Source: Actinomycetota bacterium | Lineage (GTDB): Bacteria > Actinomycetota > Actinomycetes > S36-B12 > UBA5976 | DNA length: 64,000 nucleotides | Direction of reading: 5' to 3' | Assembly (NCBI GenBank): GCA_009885745.1 | Contig: VFKC01000025.1 | Coordinates: 88,415 to 152,414 of the forward strand | In this document: piece by piece, positions 37,819 through 47,417 of the stretch | Layout of the letters: the number at the start of each line of letters is the position of its first letter | How positions within the stretch are numbered: position 1 is the first letter of the stretch | Made by a program: the position numbers and the translations under genes | The notes under the pieces: model-generated | The model's database searches: none | What the model saw: the letters and a program-made list of their open reading frames with translations, nothing else | Told to the model about the DNA's origin: nothing

Positions 37819-39138
37819 TTAGGCGCCGCGAACAAATGTGTCCATAACTCTTACTCCGAATTCAAGCCCCGAAACTGGAACCCTCTCATTTACTCCATGA
37901 AACATTGCGCTGAAATCTAGTTCCGGCGGTAGGAGCAGAGGAAGAAAACCATAACAAGTTATCCCGAGGCTGCTAATTGCTTTAGCATCAGTGCCACCTG
38001 AGAGTGTGTACGGAACTGGTGTCCCAAGTGGGTCTTGCGAACGGATAGCTTTTGCCATCGCATCCACAAGTGGCACATCAAATGGCGATTCCAGCGCAAT
38101 GTCTGCCATGACATCCTCACGAAATACTCCTTCGGGCAATAGGCTCTCGATGTCTTTAATTAGCTCATCTTCAAATCCAGGCAGAAAGCGGCCATCAATC
38201 ATCGCGCTGGCTTCACCTGGAATTACATTGTGTTTGTAACCGGCATCTAACATGGTGGGGTTCGCCGTATTCGATAACGTGGCACCCACAATTCGTGCAA
38301 TTGGGCCAAGGTGACGCAGCAACTCTTCTGGATCATCAGCAGATAATTCGATGCCGAGTGAATCAGATATCGCCTTCACAAAATCTCTCACGGTCGGAGT
38401 CAGAGATAGCTCGAATTTGTGATTACCCACGGCTGCCACTGCTTGCGCCAACTTCGTAACGGCATTGTCATTATTTAGAAAGGATCCGTGTCCTGCAGTT
38501 CCTTCGGCTCTCAACTTCATCCAGCGAATTCCCTTTTCGGCTGTCTGAACGAGGTACACCCGTTTCTCGTTAGCAAGCGTTAGCGAGTAACCACCAACTT
38601 CACCGACTGCCTCACTCACTCCGCTAAACATGTCTGGGCGCTTATCAACAAGCCAGTGTGAGCCATGACGGCTTCCGGCTTCTTCATCTGGCAAAAAATG
38701 CAAAACAATATCTCGTTCTGGTTTTATTCCAGCGCGAGCCCAAGCGCGAACCATGGCCAAAATAATGCCATCGCCATCTTTCATATCAACTGCTCCGCGA
38801 CCCCAAATCATGCCATCGTGGATTTCGGCCGCGAATGGGTCATAAGTCCAATCCGATGCTTGAGCAGGGACAACATCCAGATGACCATGCAAGAGCAGGG
38901 CGGGGCGCTGTGAGTTAGTTCCAGCAATTCGCGCATAGACACCTTGCCTCTTTGCCGAAGTGGTCTCGTAGCGTTCGCATTCGATGCCAGCCTCTTTGAG
39001 TTTTGCCTCAACATATTCAGCAGCTAATGCTTCACCTGGACCAGAATCATCACCATAGTTAGAAGTATCAATTTGGATGAGATCGCGCACAATTTCTACG
39101 ACTTCACTTGCAATGTCGGACGGTTGCTCAACGCTCAT
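37819..39138 (-). CDS. M20/M25/M40-family metallopeptidase (DapE-like)
   Basis: LLHGHLDVVP, RGAVDMKDG, PDEEAGS. Confidence 0.85.
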   Translation of the reverse strand: MSVEQPSDIASEVVEIVRDLIQIDTSNYGDDSGPGEALAAEYVEAKLKEAGIECERYETTSAKRQGVYARIAGTNSQRPALLLHGHLDVVPAQASDWTYDPFAAEIHDGMIWGRGAVDMKDGDGIILAMVRAWARAGIKPERDIVLHFLPDEEAGSRHGSHWLVDKRPDMFSGVSEAVGEVGGYSLTLANEKRVYLVQTAEKGIRWMKLRAEGTAGHGSFLNNDNAVTKLAQAVAAVGNHKFELSLTPTVRDFVKAISDSLGIELSADDPEELLRHLGPIARIVGATLSNTANPTMLDAGYKHNVIPGEASAMIDGRFLPGFEDELIKDIESLLPEGVFREDVMADIALESPFDVPLVDAMAKAIRSQDPLGTPVPYTLSGGTDAKAISSLGITCYGFLPLLLPPELDFSAMFHGVNERVPVSGLEFGVRVMDTFVRGA

Positions 39139-39244
39139 AAGTTAAGTCTGTCCTATTAGTGCCAGTGTTTGTTGCAATGTGCTCTCATTTGAGACTCGCC
39201 CCCAACTTAGGTATCCTTACGAGGCTGGACAAACCAGCAACCCA

Positions 39245-39328
39245 GTCCGGGTGGCGGAATAGGCAGACGCGCTAGCTTGAGGTGCTAGTCCCTTCACGGG
39301 GATGGGGGTTCAAGTCCCCCTCCGGACA
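39245..39328 (+). tRNA. tRNA-Leu (anticodon GAG), class II with long variable arm, no encoded CCA
   Basis: The acceptor GTCCGGG pairs with TCCGGAC. The anticodon arm is CTAGC-TTGAGGT-GCTAG, the T arm is GGGGG-TTCAAGT-CCCCC, and the variable arm is TCCCTTCACGGGGAT. Confidence 0.9.
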
Positions 39329-39365
39329 CACAATCAGTCATACTTTGCTGAGTTAGAATTCACTT

Positions 39366-40274
39366 GTGTCCATTCCCAAAGTGATCCTGTTCTACGGATT
39401 CACCCCGATTGCGGATCCTGAAACTGTCCGCCTGTGGCAACGTGACCTATGCGAGCGATTCAACCTATTAGGGCGCATCATCATCTCTACTCATGGGATC
39501 AATGGGACTCTGGGTGGTGACATCAACGATTTAAAGTCATACATTAACAAGACAACGGATTACCCGGGCTTTAGAAAGATTAACTTTAAGTGGTCAGCGG
39601 GCACTGGACACGATTTCCCGAAACTGAAAGTGCGGGTACGCGACGAGATTGTGACCTTCGGGGCTCCAGGTGAATTAATCGTCAATGAGCGTGGTGTTAT
39701 AGGTGGCGGCATTCATTTAAAGCCTGCTGAAGTTAACGCCTTGGTTGCCGAACGCGGGAACGAAGTAGTTTTCTTTGATGCACGTAATGCCTTCGAAGCT
39801 CAAATCGGAAGATTCAAGAATGCAATCGTGCCAGATGTGGAAACGACCCAAGATTTTGTGGCCGAGTTTGACAGCGGCAAGTACGACCACCTAAAGGACA
39901 AGCCCATTGTTACCTATTGCACAGGTGGAATTCGTTGTGAGGTGCTCTCGTCTGTAATGAAGTCACGGGGATTCAATGAGGTCTATCAGATTGAAGGTGG
40001 CATTGTTCGCTATGGCGAGGAATTCGGCGATGAAGGCCTTTGGGAAGGTTCGCTCTACATTTTCGACGAACGAATGAATCATGAATTTTCACCCGATTCA
40101 AAAATATTATCCGAATGCGAACGTTGTTCGGCACCAACAAGTAAGTATCACAACTGTGCCAATCTCGAGTGTCGAAAACTGATACTTCTTTGCACAAATT
40201 GTGCAGATAATAACTTGTCAACCAATTGCGAAGAGCAACACGGTCGTATCAGGCGAAACGCCAAGAACAAATAG
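39366..40274 (+). CDS. trhO: Rhodanese-domain tRNA uridine(34) hydroxylase TrhO (YceA/UPF0176)
   Basis: [10 protein letters not shown]-terminus, rhodanese active site YCTGGIRCE, Cys-rich C-terminus. Confidence 0.8.
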   Translation: MSIPKVILFYGFTPIADPETVRLWQRDLCERFNLLGRIIISTHGINGTLGGDINDLKSYINKTTDYPGFRKINFKWSAGTGHDFPKLKVRVRDEIVTFGAPGELIVNERGVIGGGIHLKPAEVNALVAERGNEVVFFDARNAFEAQIGRFKNAIVPDVETTQDFVAEFDSGKYDHLKDKPIVTYCTGGIRCEVLSSVMKSRGFNEVYQIEGGIVRYGEEFGDEGLWEGSLYIFDERMNHEFSPDSKILSECERCSAPTSKYHNCANLECRKLILLCTNCADNNLSTNCEEQHGRIRRNAKNK

Positions 40275-40490
40275 CCAAAAATAATAGATAAGAACTGTGG
40301 ACGAAGGTATGGCGTCCCCGCACACCGACAAAAGGAAGGCCAACACACACGTCGATGTCGCCGATAACTACCCCTCGCCCACAGCCCATCTGATAAATGT
40401 TTGAGGTGGCGATTTCCCCATCGCCGCTACATCCATCTCAGAGTTGATACCCAATGATTAGGTTCTCAAACCTTGGCATCTGAGTAACTT

Positions 40491-41408
40491 TTAGACTGAA
40501 GAACCTGGGTTTTCCATACTTTTTAGCGCTGCAATGCGAGACTCAATCGGCGGATGCGAGGCAAATAGTTTTGATGTAGTGCTGTTATCAAGTGGTGATT
40601 CAATCCAAATGTGTGCAACGGCATTTGAACGCTGTTGCACAACAGTATCGTCTTTAGCTAACTCTTCCAAGGCACGACGCAATCCCGTTGGATTGCGAGT
40701 GAATGAAACTGCAGTGGCATCAGCGAGTGACTCACGATTTCGCGAGACCGCTGCTTTAAGTAGTAGCGCCGCGATAGGTGCAAGTATCAATGCCAAAATG
40801 GCTGCTACCATAACAATCGGATTCCCACCTCCGCCATGCTGTTCGTCGCGACGATTGCCCCCAGCAAAGAACGTAATACGAATGATGAGATCACTTAGCA
40901 GTGCGATTGCCCCCGCGGTAGTTGCGGCAACTGCACTAACTAAAGTATCTCGGTTTGCCACATGTGCCAGTTCGTGAGCGGTTATACCTTGAAGTTGGTC
41001 ACGATCCATCACATTTAGAATTCCAGTTGTAAAAGCGATTACAGCATGTTCAGGATCTCGTCCTGTGGCGAAGGCATTAGGGGCAACATCTTCCACGATG
41101 GCAATTTTTGGCATGGGTAAACCAGCAGCAATCGTCATTTCTTGAACAAGGTTAAATAATTGGGGCGCACTGTCATGGTCGATAACTCTGGCGCCGGTCA
41201 TCGTCAAGACAATTTTGTCTGAGCCATAGTAAGAACCCCAGACCGCCGCCACAGAAATCCCTATTGCTATTGGAACAATGCCAACGCTCGTCTGACCTGA
41301 ATAAACCGCCGCTGCATATATTGCCGCTGCAAAAAGGCTCCCCATGAGGGCCAAAAGCAGAAGGGTCTTTCGTTTGTTGCCCGATTGTAGATCACGAAAA
41401 TCAGTCAA
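40491..41408 (-). CDS. htpX: M48-family zinc metalloprotease HtpX homologue
   Basis: HELAHVANRD (HExxH), 4 TM segments, C-terminal SHPP. Confidence 0.85.
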   Translation of the reverse strand: MTDFRDLQSGNKRKTLLLLALMGSLFAAAIYAAAVYSGQTSVGIVPIAIGISVAAVWGSYYGSDKIVLTMTGARVIDHDSAPQLFNLVQEMTIAAGLPMPKIAIVEDVAPNAFATGRDPEHAVIAFTTGILNVMDRDQLQGITAHELAHVANRDTLVSAVAATTAGAIALLSDLIIRITFFAGGNRRDEQHGGGGNPIVMVAAILALILAPIAALLLKAAVSRNRESLADATAVSFTRNPTGLRRALEELAKDDTVVQQRSNAVAHIWIESPLDNSTTSKLFASHPPIESRIAALKSMENPGSSV

Positions 41409-41420
41409 GATTTTCAGCTA

Positions 41421-41978
41421 CTAACTAAAACTGACGTCAGGAACATCCCGTTTGCCTGGATCACTGACCTCATAAAACTCTCGTGCGACAACTTTCGCTA
41501 CCCCGGCGAAAAAGTTTCCTGGGAAGGTGACAATCGCCTGATTGAGTTTGCGAACATTGTCGTTGTAGTACTGGCGAGCAAAGCCAATCTTGTTCTCTGT
41601 TGTGGACAATTCCTCCTGCAAAGACAAGAAATTACTTGATGCTTTTAGATCCGGATATGCCTCGCTGACCGCAAGCAACCCGCGAAGAGCTTGGGTTAGC
41701 ATGTTGTCAGCCGCAGCAACATCAGCGACGCTATGCGCACTTGTAGCTAGAGCTCGGGCTTGGACTACTTTTTCAAAAGTTGCGCTTTCATGAGAGGCAT
41801 AACCCTTCACAGTCTCAACCAGATTGGGAATTAAGTCAGCGCGTCGTTGCAACTGAACTTCAATTTGGGAAAACCCCTCGGACGCATTCACATTTAAGCG
41901 CTGCAAGTTGTTGTACTGAGCAATTGCAAATAAAACAAGTACTGCCAGAACACCTAAAACAATCCATAAACTAGTCAT
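41421..41978 (-). CDS. lemA: LemA-family membrane protein
   Basis: N-terminal TM, then YNNLQRL...QLQRRADLIPNLVETVKGY...ARQYYN. Confidence 0.85.
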   Translation of the reverse strand: MTSLWIVLGVLAVLVLFAIAQYNNLQRLNVNASEGFSQIEVQLQRRADLIPNLVETVKGYASHESATFEKVVQARALATSAHSVADVAAADNMLTQALRGLLAVSEAYPDLKASSNFLSLQEELSTTENKIGFARQYYNDNVRKLNQAIVTFPGNFFAGVAKVVAREFYEVSDPGKRDVPDVSFS

Positions 41979-42041
41979 GCTTCCACGATAACCGCTCGGG
42001 GAGTTTTTTCATAGGACTTCGAGGCATATATCGCAAGCGGG

Positions 42042-42701
42042 TTACCAAGAAATTGGACCTTGTCCCCGTTCACGCAGAATCTCATTAACTTGAGTAAACG
42101 GTCTAGATCCGGTGAATCCTCGATAAGAACTAAGTGGACTTGGGTGTGAACTCGAAATGACATTTTGCGGTTTAAAAATATGTTCTACTTCCAAAGCGGG
42201 GTTGCCCCAAAGTACTGCCACTACGTCCGGATTGTTTTGAACGGTTACTTCCAAAATTCGCTCCGTTATTGTTTGCCAACCGATTTTGCGATGTGCATCC
42301 GATTTATGAGCCACCGTCGTTAGCACTCTGTTTAAAAGCATTACCCCTTGCTTGAGCCAGGGAGTTAGATCACCATCTTGGACCAGTACAGTGCCAACAT
42401 CGGCTTGCAATTCTTTGAGTATGTTTCGCAACGTTGGAGGCATCGGATTTGTCCCCGAAGGCACTGAAAAACTCAAGCCACAGGCGTTAGCCGGATTTGG
42501 ATAAGGGTCCTGTCCGACGATGACGACCCTAACCTGTTTCGGAGAAATGCTCAGGGCCCGAAAAAGATTGCTATCGTCAGGAATGACCTGTAAACCGCCA
42601 GATCGTTGCTCACGAATAACACTTTCAATTTGATCAATATTGGACCGCACATTTTGGAGTGGCAGTTGCCAGTCCAACGGCACTTTTGCAAATAGTGTCA
42701 T
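42042..42701 (-). CDS. ung: Uracil-DNA glycosylase (family 1)
   Basis: GQDPYP, LLLN-like MLLNRVLT, HPSPLS. The start is taken at MTLFAKV (42701), since the 44-codon extension in the track overlaps trmB. Confidence 0.85.
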   Translation of the reverse strand: MTLFAKVPLDWQLPLQNVRSNIDQIESVIREQRSGGLQVIPDDSNLFRALSISPKQVRVVIVGQDPYPNPANACGLSFSVPSGTNPMPPTLRNILKELQADVGTVLVQDGDLTPWLKQGVMLLNRVLTTVAHKSDAHRKIGWQTITERILEVTVQNNPDVVAVLWGNPALEVEHIFKPQNVISSSHPSPLSSYRGFTGSRPFTQVNEILRERGQGPISW

Positions 42702-42731
42702 GCTCAAAGCGTAAAGCCTGGTCAAACCTGC

Positions 42732-43451
42732 TTGAGCACACAAGGTAATCTCAAAGGTATGATCAGCGCGGACGCCCTCACAATTAGCAATGCGCCAAAG
42801 GTTCCACACATCCGCACATTTCACGCCAGACATGGGCGACTTTCGCTACGGCGCAGAGAGCTTCTCGAATTGGTAATCCCCCGGCTCGATGTGATCAATC
42901 AGAGTTCTCCACTTGATCTGCGGATCGCTTTAAAGCGCGATTTCGTGGTTGTGGATTTTGGCTGCGGAATGGGTGATCACACGCAAGCCATGCTTGAAAA
43001 CCAGCCTGATTGGGCTGTGCTTGCTATCGATGTGCACACTGCGGGTATTTGTGATGTAGCAGAAGTTATTGATTCAGGTGAATACACAAACGCACTTGTA
43101 CACCTAGGCGATGGCATAACCGTGCTTGAGGATCAGCTAGCAGATCAGTCTGTGAGTGAAGTCCATATTCTGTTCCCAGACCCGTGGCCTAAGGCGAAAC
43201 ATCAAAAGCGCCGGGTAATTCAAGATGACCTACTCGCAATTATTTATCGAATACTTGTCCCGAGCGGGACGATTCGCATCGCCACAGATCACGATGGCTA
43301 TGCGCTACATGTTCAGCAGGTATTTTCCCAACGGCAGGATTTCGAACTTAGCGCTGGCGGATTTGAAGTTCCTGATACTTCATACCACCGCAGGGCCATC
43401 CGACTTGGTCACACAATTCACTCATTCAGTGCGAGAAAAATCAGCGATTAG
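42732..43451 (+). CDS. trmB: tRNA (guanine46-N7)-methyltransferase TrmB
   Basis: VVDFGCGMGD (SAM motif) and ILFPDPWPKAKHQKRR. The start is uncertain: TTG 42732 or ATG 42759. Confidence 0.8.
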   Translation: MSTQGNLKGMISADALTISNAPKVPHIRTFHARHGRLSLRRRELLELVIPRLDVINQSSPLDLRIALKRDFVVVDFGCGMGDHTQAMLENQPDWAVLAIDVHTAGICDVAEVIDSGEYTNALVHLGDGITVLEDQLADQSVSEVHILFPDPWPKAKHQKRRVIQDDLLAIIYRILVPSGTIRIATDHDGYALHVQQVFSQRQDFELSAGGFEVPDTSYHRRAIRLGHTIHSFSARKISD

Positions 43452-43907
43452 CAGGATAAGGGATTCTTTAAGTTGGGGCCAGCCACTCGCAAAGCCCTGA
43501 TGAAGTTCTAAATTATCCACTTCATCTAGCGCAAACCAGCCAGCCTCTATGGATTCTTCATTGTGAATGAATACTATTTCTTCGGTTATCGCTGCCACAA
43601 CGGTATGGTACTTCCAGTCGCCATGAATTGTGAATGCCTTTTCATGGACAATCTTCAGGCAATGCGCAGCGATTCCAAGTTCTTCTTGCACCTCTCTAAG
43701 TGCCGCTTCCAGATCACTTTCATGAGAATCTTTAGCGCCACCGGGAATTCCCCACGTTTGTCCGCCATGCGTCCAAGGAGCGCGTAACTGCAATAACACT
43801 TTCGAAGTATTTGTATTGACTACTAAAACACCTGCAGCGCCGTGTTTACCCCAATGCCGCGAGCCACATTGGCATTCATGCCAACCATCACCGTCGCTTT
43901 GAGCCAC
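43422..43907 (-). CDS. NUDIX hydrolase
   Basis: Canonical Nudix box GIPGGAKDSHESDLEAALREVQEELGI. Confidence 0.8.
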   Translation of the reverse strand: MAQSDGDGWHECQCGSRHWGKHGAAGVLVVNTNTSKVLLQLRAPWTHGGQTWGIPGGAKDSHESDLEAALREVQEELGIAAHCLKIVHEKAFTIHGDWKYHTVVAAITEEIVFIHNEESIEAGWFALDEVDNLELHQGFASGWPQLKESLILLIADFSRTE

Positions 43908-43909
43908 GA

Positions 43910-44461
43910 CTAAGGCAACTGCCCCACATGCGCTAGGGCTAGGCGAACGAGCAAATCTTGTCCGCCAGTCATCTCAGCACGCACATTCTCAGAGATAACC
44001 TCTTGTGGCTTGAGCCAAACCAAATCGAGTGCGTTATGACTTGGTTCACAGTCGCCCTTGACTGGCACAACGAAAACTAGAGACACCGCATGTTGGCGCG
44101 GATCATGAAAGCCTGAAACTTGTGGATCTGGGAAATATTCTGCGACAGTGAAAGGTGCGGGACTAGCTGGGACTTGTGGCAAAGCCATCGCACCAAGATC
44201 TTTTTCAATGTGTCGCATGATCGCATCGCGAATTCGTTCGCCATACAAGACCCGACCAGAAATTACCGCACGACTGATAGATCCATCTGGACGGGCACGC
44301 AAAAGCAAGCCAACACTTGTTACTTCGCCACGTTCGTTAACACGTACTGGAATTGCATCCACATACACAATAGGCAGGCGCTGTCGAGCTAGATCCATTT
44401 CTTCATGGGTCAACCAGGATGCTTCAGCCTCGGTAATTTCGCTAACATCAAATTCAGTCAC
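43910..44461 (-). CDS. NUDIX-fold protein with degenerate Nudix box (DUF4916-like)
   Basis: The box GRVLYGERIRDAIMRHIEKDLG is degenerate. The start is uncertain: GTG 44461 or ATG 44398 are preferred over the track start 44590, which overlaps the upstream ABC gene by 52 nt. Confidence 0.6.
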   Translation of the reverse strand: MTEFDVSEITEAEASWLTHEEMDLARQRLPIVYVDAIPVRVNERGEVTSVGLLLRARPDGSISRAVISGRVLYGERIRDAIMRHIEKDLGAMALPQVPASPAPFTVAEYFPDPQVSGFHDPRQHAVSLVFVVPVKGDCEPSHNALDLVWLKPQEVISENVRAEMTGGQDLLVRLALAHVGQLP

Positions 44462-44538
44462 ATTTGTTATTGTGTCACCTAATTGCCAAATGGGACTGCA
44501 ACTGTTCGGGCGTTTACTTGAAAAAGTAATTGCAATTA

Positions 44539-45351
44539 TTAGTTTCTTGCTCTTCGCCCTCGACTTGGAGTGCGACCGCGGGCGTACCAACGGTCATCAC
44601 CAAACTCAACTCCAAGAGGAACTTCGAATGCGTGCGACATTGGCTCGCTCGCAATCACCTCATGAACAGAGCCGATACTTGAGATGTTTCCGTGCGACAT
44701 GAGCAGTGCATGAGTGAAATTCGGCGGAATCTCTTCAACGTGGTGTGTAACTAGAATCAGAATTGGTGAAAGTGGGTCTTCGGCTAAAGCGGATAGACGC
44801 GATACCAAATCCTCGCGCCCAGCGACATCAAGACCGGCAGCCGGTTCATCCAACATTAGAAGCTCTGGATCATTCATCAGGGATCGAGCAATGAGAACTC
44901 GTTTGCGCTCACCTTCTGACAAACTACCGATCGTGCGCTTTGCCATGTTGGCAAGACCCCAGGTTTCAATCATCTGATGTGCGCGATCAATATCAACCTG
45001 TTCGTAATCTTCATGCCAACGTTCAGTCAGGCCATAGGCCGCTGTTAATACGACATCTAACACTTTTTCATTTTGGGGCAAAATCGCTGAAATCGCTGAA
45101 CTTGAAATTCCAATTTGCGTGCGCAGTTCGGAAACATTGTCTCTGCCAATTTGATAGCCAAGAACTTCTGCAACACCAGTAGTGGGATAAATATATCCAG
45201 CGCAAACTTGCATCAAAGTTGTTTTGCCAGAACCATTGGGCCCCATTACGACCCAGCGTTGCCCATCGCTTACTTGCCAAGACACTTTGTCGAGGATGGA
45301 ATTTTCCGCGCGCACCACTGACACATCTGCCAAGGAAATCAATGAACTCAC
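44539..45351 (-). CDS. Stand-alone ABC-transporter ATP-binding protein (no adjacent permease)
   Basis: Walker A GPNGSGKTT, signature LSEGERKRV, Walker B LLMLDEP. Confidence 0.85.
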   Translation of the reverse strand: MSSLISLADVSVVRAENSILDKVSWQVSDGQRWVVMGPNGSGKTTLMQVCAGYIYPTTGVAEVLGYQIGRDNVSELRTQIGISSSAISAILPQNEKVLDVVLTAAYGLTERWHEDYEQVDIDRAHQMIETWGLANMAKRTIGSLSEGERKRVLIARSLMNDPELLMLDEPAAGLDVAGREDLVSRLSALAEDPLSPILILVTHHVEEIPPNFTHALLMSHGNISSIGSVHEVIASEPMSHAFEVPLGVEFGDDRWYARGRTPSRGRRARN

Positions 45352-45401
45352 TCTGATAACCTATCGCGAGTAATGCCCAGATTTTGTCGTAAGGTAACTA
45401 C

Positions 45402-46088
45402 ATGTCTGCACAAGATTTGCGCCCTTCGGCCCTAGCGCTGACGCTCTGGCTAAATGCCTTACGCACTGGCGTGATAACGCGAAGTGATGCATTTAATGCC
45501 TGTGAGACGGTGACGGAATCTAATCATGTGGAATACGGTCAGGAGCAGATGTCTTGGGACGTAGTTATTGGCTTAGTTTCGGAATTGTCAAACCCGTGTT
45601 TGGCTGTGCTTCCAGTGCCTGGCGATTTTGGTGGTGTTCCCAAGCAGGTGACTTTCGACATGGATTTGGTTATTGGTGTGGTCGCAATTGGCAACGACCA
45701 CCTGCTCTATCGAAATACTGCTAGGACATGGACTCTGTGCAAACAAGATCACGCCATTGTTCCGCTAGATGCAGGACATTCGCGCAGGATTTTCTTGGAA
45801 ATCATTTCCAGAGCGACTGAAGTCTTGTCACAACATCATTTCCTAGGTGACCGGGCGTTGATTGAGGCTGAGTTAGAAAAACACAGTCCGATTCACTTAC
45901 CGCCACACATTGCCAAGCGACAGCTCGACGCTATTGATCACGCTACTCGCGTTCGCGTGGTCGCTTTAGGCGCCCTAACAAATTCATTTTCAGCCTCGTC
46001 ACCCAGTACAGATCGGCGCAAGATCGAAATTCTCAACGAGATTGATACAACCGCCCGCAACTTACTCAGTGCCATAGCCAGCGAATAG
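45402..46088 (+). CDS. Hypothetical protein, no recognisable motif
   Basis: 228-aa ORF that fills the gap between flanking genes with ordinary-looking composition. I recognise no domain. Confidence 0.5.
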   Translation: MSAQDLRPSALALTLWLNALRTGVITRSDAFNACETVTESNHVEYGQEQMSWDVVIGLVSELSNPCLAVLPVPGDFGGVPKQVTFDMDLVIGVVAIGNDHLLYRNTARTWTLCKQDHAIVPLDAGHSRRIFLEIISRATEVLSQHHFLGDRALIEAELEKHSPIHLPPHIAKRQLDAIDHATRVRVVALGALTNSFSASSPSTDRRKIEILNEIDTTARNLLSAIASE

Positions 46089-46143
46089 TTTTTTCACTCG
46101 CGCCTTTTAAGGTTGCGCGACCTGAACCTCTAGACTGTTATTT

Positions 46144-47370
46144 ATGAAAGAGGTATTGGTCTTAACCATCAGCGGACAAGACCAGCCCGGCGTTACCGCA
46201 GGAATCACTTCCGTTTTAAGTGACCTGCCGCTCATCATTCGCCAACTTGAGCAGATTGTCCTACAGGGGCATTTGGTCCTTGGCTTGGCGTTAGGTCATG
46301 ACGATCAGCACACCGAAGATGCTTTCCAAAAAGCTATCGATGCTGCCACGGGATTTGCAAATTCTCGCGGCATGCAAGTCAACGCCCGCTTAGTTGCCGA
46401 AGATGATTTAACTGCCTGGCGTGAACGCCTACTTGTCACCGTTTTGGGTAGTCCCCTTGTACCAAGTTCAGTGGCTGCGATTACCGCAACGGTTGCGGCC
46501 GCTGGTGGCAACATCGACCGAATCCGCCAGGTCGCGAGTTACCCAGTAACGGCCATCGAGTTTGAGGTCGGTGGTATGGATAAGCACGAATTACGTGATC
46601 AACTCACTTTGGTTGCTCGCGCTAACTCAATTGACATTGCTGTTCAAGAAGCGAGCCTTGATCGTCGAGGAATTCACCTGATTGTCATGGATGTTGATTC
46701 GACCTTCATTCAAGATGAGGTAATTGATTTGCTAGCGGCTCGCGCAGGCGTTGAAAAGCAAGTAGCCGACATAACCGCTCGAGCGATGAATGGCGAAATT
46801 GATTTTGAGGAATCGCTGCGTGAACGTGTACGCATGCTTGCTGGTCTTGATGAAACGGCAATTCAAGGAGTTTTGGAAGACATCACTCTGACCCCAGGTG
46901 CGGCCACACTTTGTCGAACATTAAACCGACTCGGATATCAAGTCGCCCTAGTCAGTGGCGGCTTCATCGATGTAATTAAGCCGCTCGCTGAACGCATGGG
47001 CGTGGTTAATGTCCGTGCCAACAAACTCGAGATAAAAGACGGCAAATTGACCGGCGGGCTAACTGGACCAATCATTGATCGCGCTGCCAAGGCCCAGGCT
47101 CTGCGCGATTTTGCCGAGCTTTACAACATTCCGCTCTCACGCACCATCGCAATTGGTGATGGTGCAAATGACCTTGACATGCTTGATACGGCGGCTCTTG
47201 GCATCGCATTCAATGCAAAGCCATTCGTTCGCGACGCCGCTCACGCTTCTGTAAATACTCCGTACTTAGACACAATTTTGTATGTTCTAGGCATCACGCG
47301 GGAACAGGTTGAACGCGCAGATGCAGCCTCTGGAATTCCAATAAGCGCACCTGCTATCACACTGAATTAG
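46144..47370 (+). CDS. serB: Phosphoserine phosphatase SerB (SerB2 type, N-terminal ACT domains)
   Basis: HAD motif I VMDVDSTFIQDE, motif IV GDGANDL, and an N-terminal ACT-like repeat of about 180 aa. Confidence 0.9.
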   Translation: MKEVLVLTISGQDQPGVTAGITSVLSDLPLIIRQLEQIVLQGHLVLGLALGHDDQHTEDAFQKAIDAATGFANSRGMQVNARLVAEDDLTAWRERLLVTVLGSPLVPSSVAAITATVAAAGGNIDRIRQVASYPVTAIEFEVGGMDKHELRDQLTLVARANSIDIAVQEASLDRRGIHLIVMDVDSTFIQDEVIDLLAARAGVEKQVADITARAMNGEIDFEESLRERVRMLAGLDETAIQGVLEDITLTPGAATLCRTLNRLGYQVALVSGGFIDVIKPLAERMGVVNVRANKLEIKDGKLTGGLTGPIIDRAAKAQALRDFAELYNIPLSRTIAIGDGANDLDMLDTAALGIAFNAKPFVRDAAHASVNTPYLDTILYVLGITREQVERADAASGIPISAPAITLN

Positions 47371-47417
47371 TGCTGCGGCACAAACCGGTTTCACAGAATA
47401 GGGAAAGCCTAAAAAAT

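Noticed and set aside
40309-40404. 31-codon ORF (MASPHTDKRKANTHVDVADNYPSPTAHLINV) in the trhO-htpX spacer
   Set aside because: The GAAGG is only 1 nt from the ATG, which is poor spacing. The ORF has no recognisable features and could arise by chance, so I keep it only as a note inside the spacer finding.
40300-40430. Possible 6C-type small RNA (C-rich loops)
   Set aside because: Only one clean hairpin is present, and its loop has four C residues. The two-hairpin architecture with loops of six or more C residues is not visible.
44148-44702. 184-aa plus-strand ORF antisense to the Nudix-like and ABC genes
   Set aside because: The composition is Arg/Ser-rich and it has no RBS or motif. The opposite strand carries recognisable Nudix-fold and ABC sequences.
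45082-45099. Tandem 9-nt repeat AATCGCTGA x2
   Set aside because: It lies inside the ABC ATPase coding region, encodes SAISAI, and has only two copies, so it is not a repeat element.
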